From Salisapilia sapeloensis CBS 127946 (Eukaryota; Protista; Oomycota), in assembly GCA_023334545.1 (NCBI GenBank), contig JAADVB010000209.1:1-33554 (forward strand): 33,554 nucleotides of DNA, in the 5' to 3' direction. The position numbers and the translations under genes are program-made. The notes beneath the pieces are model-generated. The model saw only the letters and a program-made list of their open reading frames with translations, searched no databases and was not told the DNA's origin. Of this stretch, positions 1-10,460 are shown one piece after another. Numbering within the stretch: position 1 is the first letter of the stretch; each line of letters begins with the position of its first letter.

Positions 1-1
1 A

Positions 2-169
2 ATTTCGAGATATACAATTTCGTCTCTAGCACAAAACACACGCATCGTAGAAAAAAGATTCTTCCACTGTAAACTCCCGATCGACCTCCTCGACCTTGTC
101 GCCAACTCTTACAAAATTCTGATGGTGCAACGCCAATCGGTAGACTCTCCTATCAGTGCATCCCTATGA
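2..169 (+). CDS. Possible 3' end of a gene entering from the left edge
   Basis: Frame +2 is open from position 2 to TGA at 167-169 (ISRYTISSLAQNTRIVEKRFFHCKLPIDLLDLVANSYKILMVQRQSVDSPISASL*). There is a possible acceptor TCTCTAG ending at 29. No motif recognised. Confidence 0.3.
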   Translation: MSRYTISSLAQNTRIVEKRFFHCKLPIDLLDLVANSYKILMVQRQSVDSPISASL

Positions 170-240
170 GATCATACACTAGTGCTATGCTTAACGCTTA
201 CCATGACGTATTGAGCATGTTTGTTATATTTAGAACAAAA

Positions 241-360
241 ATGTGACTTTCTATCCTTTCATCTAAAAGTATATGACATATTTGTCTCTTTTTCGAAATG
301 ATGTGACATTTCTGTCCTTTAATTCCGATATTGTGGCATATTTGTCCCTTACCTTTTTTA
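241..360. repeat. Degenerate 30-bp tandem repeat, 4 units, with a palindromic GACA-N4-TGTC core
   Basis: Units start at 241 (atgtgactttctatccttt), 271 (atatgacatatttgtctctt), 301 (atgtgacatttctgtccttt) and 331 (ttgtggcatatttgtccctt). Unit 1 resembles unit 3 and unit 2 resembles unit 4. The context is AT-rich and intergenic. Confidence 0.75.
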
Positions 361-621
361 TTTTGCATTCTACCAAATACGTTTTGCTGAAGTAGAACTC
401 GAAGGTGAAAAAAAATGAAGCATGGATGAAGTATTTGTAAATTCGAAGGGGATCGTACTTGCACTTCTAACTGACACAGTACCAATTGATTTAGTAAACA
501 GTATATAAAGAAATAGGTGTAAGTATGGTCGATCCTGAAAACTACATTCAGTCTTCAAAAGACTTCTTCTCCGAGCTGCTTTAACTGTGGCCGCGTTAGA
601 GTGCAGTATACATCAGAACCT

Positions 622-2929
622 CTAGCTCAGTGGAATTTGATTGTCTAGGTGTTCGCGTTTGCGGATAATTTTATCGGATTCTTCATCACGGACGACTCCA
701 TGTATCGTGTATGCGGCCTGATTTACATCAGTAATCAATGTCGACATGTCATTGGTGTTGAACGGGATCAATGGACGCGGACAGAATTTGCCGTGAGCAA
801 TATTATAGTTCTGCTCAAGGTAGACGAAGGGACGAGTGTACACCGACTTGCCAAATCGGTAGTACATTTGCTTCTGTGAACGCACTATCGCTTTCGCGCG
901 CATCGGGTCGTTCATGTACACTTCAATCGAATTGCGCTCGTACGTACGCCAGATCATACCCAATTCTTTCTTCAGAGTGCCTTCGTAGTAGGTCGTGACT
1001 ACGTAGTAGATGCCCTTGATTATAGCAAAGAGTATGCTATAGCCAACAGCACCGATCAGAATACTCTTTAACGGGGCGTACAAAGCGTCAAGTCCTTCAC
1101 TTTCGAGTGAACGATCGCCATAACTATAACGACTAAAGCTAACGTAGAAAGAGGAGATGCCATTCACTGTCTCGGACATCTCTCTTTGTCGGTCGATTCC
1201 TCCCTATATAGATATGATGTTAGTCAACAAGTAGACCATTGGAAATGATACGGATACTTCTTACCCATTTGACCATACAGACTGCGAGAATGGTATCATA
1301 CTCTTGGTAGACTGCCAACATCGTCGAGCACATGACTTCAAATGACGTGATGTACGTAAACTCTGTGACCACCGCTGCTACTCTCTCATTTACGAAAACT
1401 ATCGTCCATCGCCAGATAGTATTAATGATGACAATGACCACTGGCCAAATGCGAAAGTTGCTCAATACAGCACTTGACAACTGGAAGAAGTTTGTCGACC
1501 AAGCAATGATCGTCGAATTTGGCACAACATATAACCATGAACCAATGGCATCGATGAGGAGTAGCACGCATAAGAAGTTGTTGCAAAAAGAAACAGAGCT
1601 CAAGTCCGTGTATAATAAGACTCGGGAGAGCTCTCCTTCTTTCTTCTGTGCTGCCGTCCCGCTCTTTTGAGTATTAGTTGCAGTTGAGTCAGATGCAACA
1701 TCAGTGGTTGCATTGCTGCTTATCGTCGCCGTGTTTTTTGTTTTATACACTTTACTTCTTTTCTGGCCCGACACGAGCGGCCGGATAACTAGGAAAGCCA
1801 CGGCACACGAGTCTCCGATGTTGATATAAATGATCATGATTTCGATGATGATGATCAGGTAGTACAGGACCCCAGTCATGGATACATCTAGCATCAGGTA
1901 ATGACTCAGTTTGTCGCTTCCTCCGTGTTGTGTTTCACTCCGGTCAATCGCGTATTGAGTGGTATAACGGATTTCATTGCGCATGGTAAGCTGACCAACA
2001 TAGATAAAATCGATCGTATTCCACATCGCGCCAAACTGCTCAAAGAAATGGCGAAAGTACTTGCCCGTGGTCGGCGGGATGTGAAATGTCCGCAGATTCT
2101 GATCGTTTGCATCGGTCCAGATGCATCCGTACTCTGTTGGGAATATGCCATTTTCAACTTCGCCCACTTTTGGCATGTCCATCATCTCGTAGCACAGAGT
2201 CGTCTCCCATGTATACAAGGTCGCTCCATAACTTTCATAAAGCGCTTGGAGTGTTGTTTTCAGTGCTGGAATGTCGCTGGACCGAATCATCTCCCTTGCC
2301 TCTGCATGTAATGCAATCTCCGGAATGCTGTACTTGTCTGCCCATATATCAGCGTACCGTGTCCTTTGGGTCATAGGATATTCAATTGCACTTCCAAGTA
2401 TACTAGCACATCCTAGAATGTGGTCTATACGCATACTGCCGACGAACATGATCTCTCGGTCTTGCTTCACGCCATCAATGATACACCCAGTGCCAACAGC
2501 TGCCAAATGAGCATCCTTTCCATCAAGTTTCGAAATGTAGAGTGAATCGCACCGTGTTGCTAGAGCGTTCCACATATTATGCGAGACGATTCTGGTTCCA
2601 TTGTTTTCACTCAGCACTTTCGTCAGGTCGATATCTGTCACACGCTCGTAGATATCGTTAGTGAATGACCAGTCCCCTTGCTCTAGAGGTCCTGTCATAA
2701 TGATCTTGTAGTACAAATCTTTTATGTCCATGAAGGCCAGGAAGATTGTGAACGAAATCATAAAGATGACGCTGTTGCGATTGGCATTTTTCATGGCGTT
2801 CGCTTGGGGAGATAGGCGTGGCGAAAATGAAGTTGAATGCTCGAGTTTTCGTGGTTGCACTTCCAGGCGTTTTCTAAATGAAATGGCAAAGAGGCTCCAA
2901 ACAAGGTTTCGCCACGTCCGTTTTGACAT
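622..2929 (-). CDS. Multi-pass membrane protein of unknown function, about 748 aa, 2 exons
   Basis: ORFs 1220..2929 and 622..1179 join in frame through a 61-nt intron at 1204-1264 (GTAAGA...TATAG), giving ...CMVKW|GGIDRQREMSETV.... Several hydrophobic segments (VIFMISFTIFLAFM, GVLYYLIIIIEIMIIYINI, FLCVLLLIDAIGSWLYVV, AILVGYSILFAII-like) flank a large loop. Confidence 0.8.
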
Positions 2930-3918
2930 CTATTTAATGCCAGTGTAGCGAAACCCTATGTTATAAATAATGCAATAACGAGGTCTCGTTCGAATTTAGC
3001 TAAATTAGGGATGCATCACCTGAGGCTTGAGGTAAGATGACGAACTCTACTATTTCACTTCCTTAAGGTTTTCGTAGCACCAAATAAAGTCATCTCTTAG
3101 CATCGTTCATATGGTGTCTGTTGCTTTGCTGGATATGGCACCAAGAATGGAACCTAACCTTCACACTAATGGGATGCTGCAGTGACCTATTTCGATCTTT
3201 TGTGAAACAATTCAAGCAATAGCCTTCTTTCGGAATAGACCGTCTGCATTCTTGACGTTCCATCCTTGCATGGGAGTTGGCATCCTAGTCTGCTCTTATC
3301 GAATTTACCTGCAAGCATTGCTAGCTGCAATACCTAAATTACTTCAGAGTCCATATATTCTTTGTAGAAGATGCTACAATGCTATAGTACTAGAGAATAC
3401 GACAGCGAGCACAATGGGGTTTAAGGTTGCAAAGCCTACTTTAGATTGTGACTTTGCGCCTGTTGTGCTCTACGCACTAACTCTACTTCTGGTTAGAGAC
3501 GTTTAGAGCGTAGAAACAACTCCTTGAGTGTTAGCATTAACATTTTGTAAATCATATACAATAATGATCAGCTGAGTCTGCTACTCTTGTGACTTCAAAC
3601 GCGTGCACAAGTGGTGTCCAATTCTGCTTAAGTTTGGAGCACTCGCCTGCTTCAAATCAAAAACTGGCTTTCTAACTTTAGTCGCCTAGTATGCTATAAT
3701 TTTGCTGTTCATATTGCTCGGAAAGGTATACATTCCATGCAAAAAAACATCTAATTTAACTGCTTCTTGCAAAGGAATCTTCCGAGGGGGTGTTCTAAGC
3801 CACTTCAACATTGATGTGGTAACCTGGGGTAAAACACAAAATACCCCCAGTAGCAACTTGGGATAAATCATAATCTGCCACTGGGACTCACCGACCAGCA
3901 AACAGATCGACTAGCAGC

Positions 3919-4767
3919 ATGTCGAAAGGAGCGACTACTAGCGTCTTGGCAGGAGCCTCTGCTGGCGAATACATTTCCGTATCTGGCTTACGATCTGACG
4001 GTCGTCGTCCACATGAGATCCGACGCTTGCGGCATCAAATGGGGCTATTTCAACGTGTAGACGGCTCAGCGTACTTGGAACAAGGAAACACCAAAGTGCT
4101 GGCTGTCATCTACGGTCCGAGAGAACTCCACCACGTTGGCTCTGCATCCAATACGTCTATCGACACTGCTGCTGTGATCCAGTGCGAATTATCTCAGGCG
4201 CCTTTTGCCACGTCCGAGCGTCGATTTAACTTGAGCAATGACCGAAAACGCACCGAGATGGGGCAGCAATTGCAAAAGGCGGTGGAAGCGAGTGTCCATA
4301 CACAGCTCTACCCCAAGTCCCAGATCGACGTCTTTGTTCAGATCATCCAGTCAGACGGAAGTGAGATGGCAGCTAGTATCAATGCCGTCACATTAGCACT
4401 CATCGACGCCGGCATCGCCCTCCAGGACTTTGTCGTCGCTGCATCCGTCGGTTTCATCCAGCAAACGCCTCTATGTGGTGCGTGCACATGCTTCTATACT
4501 TTCTAGCCTACGTCTAATGCGCCGCTGCCTTTAGATCTAAACTACGGAGAGGAAAACGCTCGAGCTCCTCAGCTAACGCTTGCTGTCAATCCTCATTCGC
4601 GACAGATCGTCCTATTGCACATGGAAAGTAAACTCGCGCTAGAGATGCTAGAGAATCTGCTAGATAGCTGCCAAGAAGCCTGTCAAGAGGTGTACGAAAC
4701 GCTGGAGAATGCCGTTCGAGAGCACACTTGGAAGCGACTTCGAGCGATCCACACGACGCTAGACTAG
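3919..4767 (+). CDS. RRP41: Exosome complex component RRP41 (RNase PH family), 263 aa
   Basis: Motifs GLRSDGRRPHEIR, DGSAYLEQGNTKVLAVIYGPRE, YPKSQIDVFVQIIQSDG and NAVTLALIDAGI. A 57-nt intron at 4478-4534 restores PLC|DLNYGEE; stop TAG at 4765-4767. Confidence 0.95.
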
Positions 4768-5063
4768 CGAGAGACACTTCATGTACAAGACAGCCTTTGC
4801 TACATATACAAGCTACCTTTCAACTTGACAAATGTTTATAACCACTTGTAAGACAAGAGTCGAGGTACATGTCTACCCTCCATCGTCCTTGCACTCGTCT
4901 ACCTCTGCCATGTGTCGATTTATAAAAATATTCACATTTGCAATTGAACGCATCAGCTGACACGGAATTGGCAGTCGGCCGAGAGCTACTACCTCTCCTT
5001 CCTTCCACAGCTCTCCTCCTCTATTTCACTCGTCCTTTGCCACCTTCATACTGCTAGTACGAT

Positions 5064-7213
5064 ATGGTTGATCCTTCTATCCGATCGCCACATCTAGGCA
5101 GCAAAAACCTAGATCATGACTCTCCACCGTCGAAACGATCGTCCAAGTACGATCCTGCCATTCTCAAGAACGACATAGCTCCGGTCGTGGTCCCTCAGTC
5201 TGCTACTCGGCTTCCGTCCAGCGAATATAGCGTTGCTCCAGACAAATCGGATGCGTTTTCGGCATTATTGAAGCTCGAGGAAGAACTCGAACGACTTGGA
5301 CAGCAGACTGCAGCACCAGAGGTGGAGCAGGACCCTATTGAAGTGGGAAGCTGGAGTGGTAGTGCCGTATCGGACTCAGCTGCTCGAAATGACCGCTACG
5401 GAACTAGAAATGGACCACTACCTTGTCCTCGTGTATCTGGCGCGACCTTCAGTGGTCCGAACATGCTCGTGGTCTTTGACTCTCGCGTGGCTATTGGTCA
5501 AAAGAGAGGGACGTCGACAACTGGTAGTAAGCTTCCAAGAACTTATGAGGAACTATTATCACTACGTGACGCTCGGTTCATCAGTAAGAAAGGAAAGCGG
5601 CACAAACCGGACTTTACCATGCCCACGATGGATACAACATTTGGCGACGACATGTACGACGGTAGCACAAGAGGTGGCAACCTCTTTTTCAACGAAGAGG
5701 AGCCTCCGCACTCGACACTGGACTACTTTACGCCCTACTTTTCCAACGCAGACTACCATCTACCGGTCAACCATCCCGACCATCGTGTCTCGCTTCCTCC
5801 ATCCAGTACACCAGGCGCACCCACCTCTCCTCGTCAATCCACCATTCGTACAAACCAGAGTAAGGACCAACTCTTGAACTTGGATTTAAGCATCAGTGTC
5901 TCGCTACTCGATCTCTCTCGGCTGTGCGGCGTCTCTCCTACGCTCCTGCATGGCTCATCTGACCAGAGTGCGTCTGACAGTCAGTCCGCTACGCTGAACT
6001 GGATGCTGCGTGCTTCTGAGAATCTACCTTCTCGTCAGAACCATCTCCGCCGCATGCTCCGGTCTTTACTAGAAGACACGTCCGTATCCAACCGAAAGGT
6101 TCTGGAGCAATGTGCTGGGAACAAGAAGCTATCGACAGTCGCAGGAAGAAAGGATCTGAGCCAAGTGTGGTCTCTCCTGGAGCTATCTGCTTCTGGTCCG
6201 ATCCAGTTCCCACTCTATCAGGACCAAGAGAGTCCATCGTCCCATCCATGGAGCGCTCATCCATTCGGAAGGAAACTGGTAGACAAAGTGCTGGGCATGT
6301 ATGAACAAGTAGGTGACGTATCAGCTCTAGGTTCTATCGTCTATGCTCTCGAGAAACCTTCCAAAGCCAAAGCACACGCAGAATCCAAGGAAGACTGGGC
6401 AGTGCCTGGCAGTACGCCAGAGCAGCACATCTTTATGTCTTCAGGCAATCGTCCAGGTGGGATCGAACGGTCTGCTAGCTTCGGTGGCTCCCCTCCCAAG
6501 CCTACCTCGATGGATCAAATGAGGAAGATCAACAGCCACAACGAATTAGCTGACATTGAGAGCTCCTATCGGTCCACAACCTCTCGTGATGGCGGTCTCT
6601 TCTCGCTAGCAGAAGGCTCCGAGGCTTCGAGCGCTCTGCTAGCAGAAGACCACGTCACGCTGCATTTACACAGTACAGAGGCAGATGAAGAAGAGGAGTG
6701 TCATCAACTCCTCTCGGATGACATGCACAACTTGGAGAAGTATGATACGTACAAGCAAGCGTATGCAGATCTACTCTATCGGCATGGAGCGTCGGAGAAG
6801 AGAGCAGAAGTACTCAAGATCCGATCTCGAAAGGAGCGTCCGCACGTAGGTTTGGAGCTCGGTCTGCTCTGTCGTCACTGTAATCAGGTACAAACCACTC
6901 TCTCCATTCTTCATTCTCCATTCCATCAGTCTCACAGTGTATCATATAGCCTTCAGACAGCATTGTCTGTCCGTCTTGCAAGCAATTCGCTCTGCAGTGT
7001 GTCATCTGCCAGTTGGTCGTCCGAGGCGAGTCTCAGTTCTGCGTCGTCTGCGGTCATGGCGGCCATGCAGCCCACTTGGAAAGTTGGTTCCACGAAGAAG
7101 AAGTATGTCCGACAGGATGTGGCTGCCTGTGTCTCCAAGCGACCAACCTACCTCACAGTTATGATGCGGAAGACGACGTCGAGCTGCCCCTACTGAGGTC
7201 GCACTCGTTCTAG
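5064..7213 (+). CDS. WDR59: WDR59/Sea3(Mtc5)-like GATOR2 subunit, C-terminal half only, 695 aa
   Basis: PCPRVSGATFSGPNMLVVF resembles the WDR59 PFPRTSGARF motif. HPFGRKLVDKVL and YADLLYRHG...RAEVLK are present. A 62-nt intron at 6888-6949 joins the C-terminal zinc finger CRHC...CPSC...CVICQLVVRGESQFCVVCGHGGHAAHLESWF...CPTGCGCLC. No WD40 repeats are visible. Confidence 0.8.
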
Positions 7214-7308
7214 CAATATATAGTAGGTATGAAAACGTATGAAAGAGCATTCTTATTGCTACCTTCGCGCGACACTGTCCATTTGCTCTCGACAGCGAGT
7301 CAAGAGCG

Positions 7309-7890
7309 ATGCGAGGCAGCGGACTCAGCTTGGAGCGCTTCGGCAAGGGCAAGGCCCAGAAGCGAAAGGAGGATGCTCGGAGTAAGAAAAAGCAGGCAGC
7401 CTATAAAGCCCAGCGACGAAAAGCGTATGCCAAGGTGCAGAAGAAGCAGGAGAAGGAGGAGCCGTCGACCAACGGTCCTGAGTCCTTTTACGACCGATTC
7501 TTTCGAGAGTTGCAGGAAGAGGATGATGGCAAAGACGACGGCAAAAACAAGCCCTCCAAGGAGTCTCCTGTGAACGTACTATCTCTACCAATCGTCAATA
7601 GAGAGCACAATAAACTTACTCATGTCCTGTAGAAAGAAGAGAGCGCTGCTCGGCCAGACCCGTTCTTCAAGCAGAAGCAAAAGGCCGAGGCATTGAAACA
7701 GGAGAAGGCCGCCAAGCAGGCAGAAAAGGAGCGACATCGTCAGGAGGTCGAACAAAAAATTCAGGCACGAAAGAAACGCCATGTAAAGCTGAGCGTCCGG
7801 ACCAAGTCCGGTCAACCTGTCGTTCGGAACCAGATCAAGGACATCTTGAGCCGACTGGAAAAGGACAAACGGCAGCAGCAGCAGCACTAG
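7309..7890 (+). CDS. FYV7/CCDC59(TAP26)-like rRNA-processing protein, 174 aa
   Basis: Lys/Glu-rich protein. A 57-nt intron at 7576-7632 joins the exons in frame. The C-terminus KLSVRTKSGQPVVRNQIKDILSRLE matches the family-type KTxxGQPxMxxQIxxLLxKI signature. Confidence 0.75.
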
Positions 7891-8005
7891 ATAGAATGAT
7901 TTAAGACGGTGGATTCTTGCCTAGGAAAGAAAGAAACTACACTGGTCTAAAATAGCACGTCTTGCTCATTTCTTTCCATGCCTGTGGACGTTACATGCCA
8001 AAAGT

Positions 8006-8359
8006 CTACTTGGCCATCGGGTGGGCCGCAACGTACTCAATCACCTGGGACGGCGTCGTCAGTTTCTCGGCCTCGTTGTCCGGGATCTCAATCGTGAACT
8101 CTTCCTCCATGGCCATGACGACTTCGACGACGTCAAGCGAGTCGAGACCCATGTCTTCGACGAACTTGGCGGCCTCGTTCACCTTTTCCTTGTCGACCTT
8201 TTCAAAGTTGGTCACGACGCCGATCACACGGTCGCTCACTTCCTGACGGTCGAGGAAGGTCTGGGCGCTGAAGAATCGGGCGGACGCAGGCGCGAACCGA
8301 GCAGCAGAGGTCGGGGCAGCGCGGGCGAGAGGTCGGACGACGGCGGCGAAGCGGTTCAT
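8006..8359 (-). CDS. NDUFAB1: Mitochondrial acyl carrier protein (complex I subunit NDUFAB1/ACP1), 117 aa
   Basis: Arg/Ala/Ser-rich presequence ending ARFFSA. Phosphopantetheine site DMGLDSLDVVEVVMAMEEEFTIEIPD. Confidence 0.95.
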   Translation of the reverse strand: MNRFAAVVRPLARAAPTSAARFAPASARFFSAQTFLDRQEVSDRVIGVVTNFEKVDKEKVNEAAKFVEDMGLDSLDVVEVVMAMEEEFTIEIPDNEAEKLTTPSQVIEYVAAHPMAK

Positions 8360-8642
8360 TATTATCTGTTCTGGTGGTCAATTGATCCAAGTGTGTGGCC
8401 AAGAGCCGAGCTGCTCAGCTTTGTCAAAAGTATCCGGTCGCATCTGTAGGATTTCTAGGAGGATGTGGACACTTGTTCTCCTAAGCTCTTTTACGAGGAT
8501 TTTAAAATTTGGTCCCTATAATTTTATTAGCTATCATCATAAAAACGATACAAAAGATAAAGAATTTATATTATTTTCATTTACATAAGACTACTAAGAG
8601 ATATCAATTAAAACACATACAATTTGACACCAAAGTGCACAA
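8360..8642. promoter_or_regulatory. Putative bidirectional promoter between ACP and CBP3/UQCC1
   Basis: 283-bp spacer between two divergent ATGs, with an AT-rich core at about 8490-8640. Inferred from geometry only. Confidence 0.55.
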
Positions 8643-9623
8643 ATGGCTGGAATGCTGGTACGCGCGGCGAGGTCTGCGCGAGTGCTGCAGCACAGCGTTC
8701 AACCGCATGCTCCAAGTGTCGCGCACTTGGCGACTGCATCTTCTCAAGCTTCTAAAGAAGATCCAAAGAGCAATCCGTTCTCCAAGTACGCATGGGCCAA
8801 GTCAGAAGTTCCTCCGCCGTCCCCAGGTCATGGTCTCCTCGGCAAATCCGCCAATTTCGACATCCGGACGAAGCAAAAGCAGTTTGAAAAGTGGGAATGG
8901 CTGCTACGGCTTCTCGGGTTCATGAACGAAGACGATAAAATGTACACGCAGTCCACTCGATTGCTCCAATCATGCGTGAACCAGACTGCTATCCCGGACT
9001 TTTACAGGGCGCTGCGTCTCGAACCAAACTTTCGAGGTCAGCAAGCACTGCTAATGGCACACGTCTGGATGGTGCACCGTCGGTTGGCGAGTGATAAGGA
9101 AGAAGGCAAGTTGCTCCAAGAGCTGCTCTTCGACCGGCTGTGGGAGGAGACGCTAGTGCGCATCCGCTTCGCAGGCGTGAACGAAATGACCGTGAACAAG
9201 CACCTGAAGAGCGTCCAGCAAGAGTGCTTCAACGCCTGCTACGCTTACGACAAGGCATTGCAGACGAATACGCTGCAGAATGCCGTCGCGAGCCACTTGC
9301 TGAACGACGAGAGCAAGCAGGGGCAGCGGATTGCATCGAGTCTAACGGACTATTTCAAACGAGAGATGAAGAGCATGGAGAACGTCCATTCTCGACACAT
9401 CCTAGAAGGAACGATTCCATGGGGCTCGATCCCAAAGACTGGCGTCGAGTGGAGCAATGTCCAGGACGACGACATCGTGCTCATCGGGCAAAAGATCGGC
9501 AACTGGCGCACTGCTCTGGACAACCGTGGGAAACTGTACTATTGGAACCTCACATCTAGATATTCTGTATGGGAGAAACCGACAGGTGACGAGCTGTACG
9601 CAGGAGTAGAAGAGTCTCATTAG
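8643..9623 (+). CDS. UQCC1: Ubiquinol-cytochrome c reductase assembly chaperone CBP3/UQCC1 with a C-terminal WW domain, 326 aa
   Basis: Mitochondrial presequence. Cbp3-type core LLMAHVWMVHRRL...LQELLFDRLWEET...CFNACYAYDKAL. C-terminal WRTALDNRGKLYYWNLTSRYSVWEKP fits a WW domain. Confidence 0.85.
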   Translation: MAGMLVRAARSARVLQHSVQPHAPSVAHLATASSQASKEDPKSNPFSKYAWAKSEVPPPSPGHGLLGKSANFDIRTKQKQFEKWEWLLRLLGFMNEDDKMYTQSTRLLQSCVNQTAIPDFYRALRLEPNFRGQQALLMAHVWMVHRRLASDKEEGKLLQELLFDRLWEETLVRIRFAGVNEMTVNKHLKSVQQECFNACYAYDKALQTNTLQNAVASHLLNDESKQGQRIASSLTDYFKREMKSMENVHSRHILEGTIPWGSIPKTGVEWSNVQDDDIVLIGQKIGNWRTALDNRGKLYYWNLTSRYSVWEKPTGDELYAGVEESH

Positions 9624-9663
9624 GCGTAGAAGATTCTCATTTGTTTCTTAGTCCAATCTCTCT

Positions 9664-9981
9664 CTAGTCCGCTTTCTGTCGACGTTCCCTCGCTTCTTGC
9701 ATCTTCTGTCGAACGTACGCATCCGATTTTTTCGCATGCTTCATATTCTCCGCACGCTTATGCTCCTTCTCTTTCTTAAAGCAGTGGTCGAGCGCTACTT
9801 TCTGATCCGAGCATGCCCCGAGGAATTTGCTGTATGGATGCTGCTCATGGCACTGAACAAGTGCCTGTATCACCTACAGACCATTGCAACCATCAGGCTC
9901 TATTAGCATGATACCTAGAAGCTATAAATGTAGACGTACATCCTGACACTCTGGATGCGGACGCTCAAGTGGTGGATGCAT
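9664..9981 (-). CDS. CMC2: COX assembly protein CMC2 (twin CX9C), 83 aa
   Basis: MHPPLERPHPEC start. A 66-nt intron at 9874-9939 gives ECQD|VIQALVQCHEQHPYSKFLGACSDQKVALDHC, with two CX9C motifs. Confidence 0.92.
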
Positions 9982-10084
9982 CTCTTCTCTGGTTGTGCTT
10001 GAGATGGTCAAAATCTCAGAAGGCAAAGACTTTTGTGGACTCAGCGTCTGGCTGACCACTTTTCACCGCCAGCTACAGAGCAAG
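9982..10084. promoter_or_regulatory. Putative bidirectional promoter between CMC2 and TIM13
   Basis: 103-bp spacer between divergent ATGs. Contains the inverted repeat TGAGAT-N7-ATCTCA at 10000-10018. Confidence 0.55.
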
Positions 10085-10460
10085 ATGGATCAGAGCGCCG
10101 CGAATCTCACGTCCGAGCAAAAGCAGGAGCTGCTTAACCGAGTAGGAATACGTTATACATGCAGTCGTGGGTGTACCTGACGCACATATGACAGGTTCGA
10201 TCGGAAGTCCAGCAGCAAGCGATGCAGGAACTCACGACGAGTCTGCAGGAAAAATGCTTTGACAAGTGTATCACGCGTGCCAACGGCAAGCTCGACAGCA
10301 AGCAGCAGAACTGCCTCGCTCTCTGCATCAACCGATACATTGACACGATGAAGGTCGTGTCGGACGCCATGTCCGAGCGTGGACAGGTACACTCGATTCT
10401 TCCTATCATGTCCATCCACGCATTAATTCGGATATCTACTCTATGCTTCCATAGGCTTAA
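10085..10460 (+). CDS. TIM13: Mitochondrial intermembrane-space chaperone TIM13 (twin CX3C), 84 aa
   Basis: KCFDKCI...NCLALCINRYIDTMKVVS. Introns at 10142-10194 (53 nt) and 10387-10454 (68 nt); the last exon is GCT TAA. Confidence 0.88.

Noticed and set aside
241-360. CRISPR-like repeat-spacer interpretation
   Set aside because: The context is eukaryotic, the repeats are degenerate, the variable parts are only about 10-15 nt, and there are no cas genes.
198-485. 95-aa minus-strand ORF with a 10-aa KGQICH-like repeat
   Set aside because: The peptide repeat is just the translation of the 30-bp DNA repeat. The region is AT-rich, has a non-ATG start and is unlike the coding composition of the real genes.
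3825-3921. Back-to-back start codons sharing CATG with RRP41, plus a GTGAGT donor on the minus strand
   Set aside because: Splicing from the minus-strand ATG (3920) through the 3825-3892 intron reaches a stop within a few codons, so there is no coherent protein.
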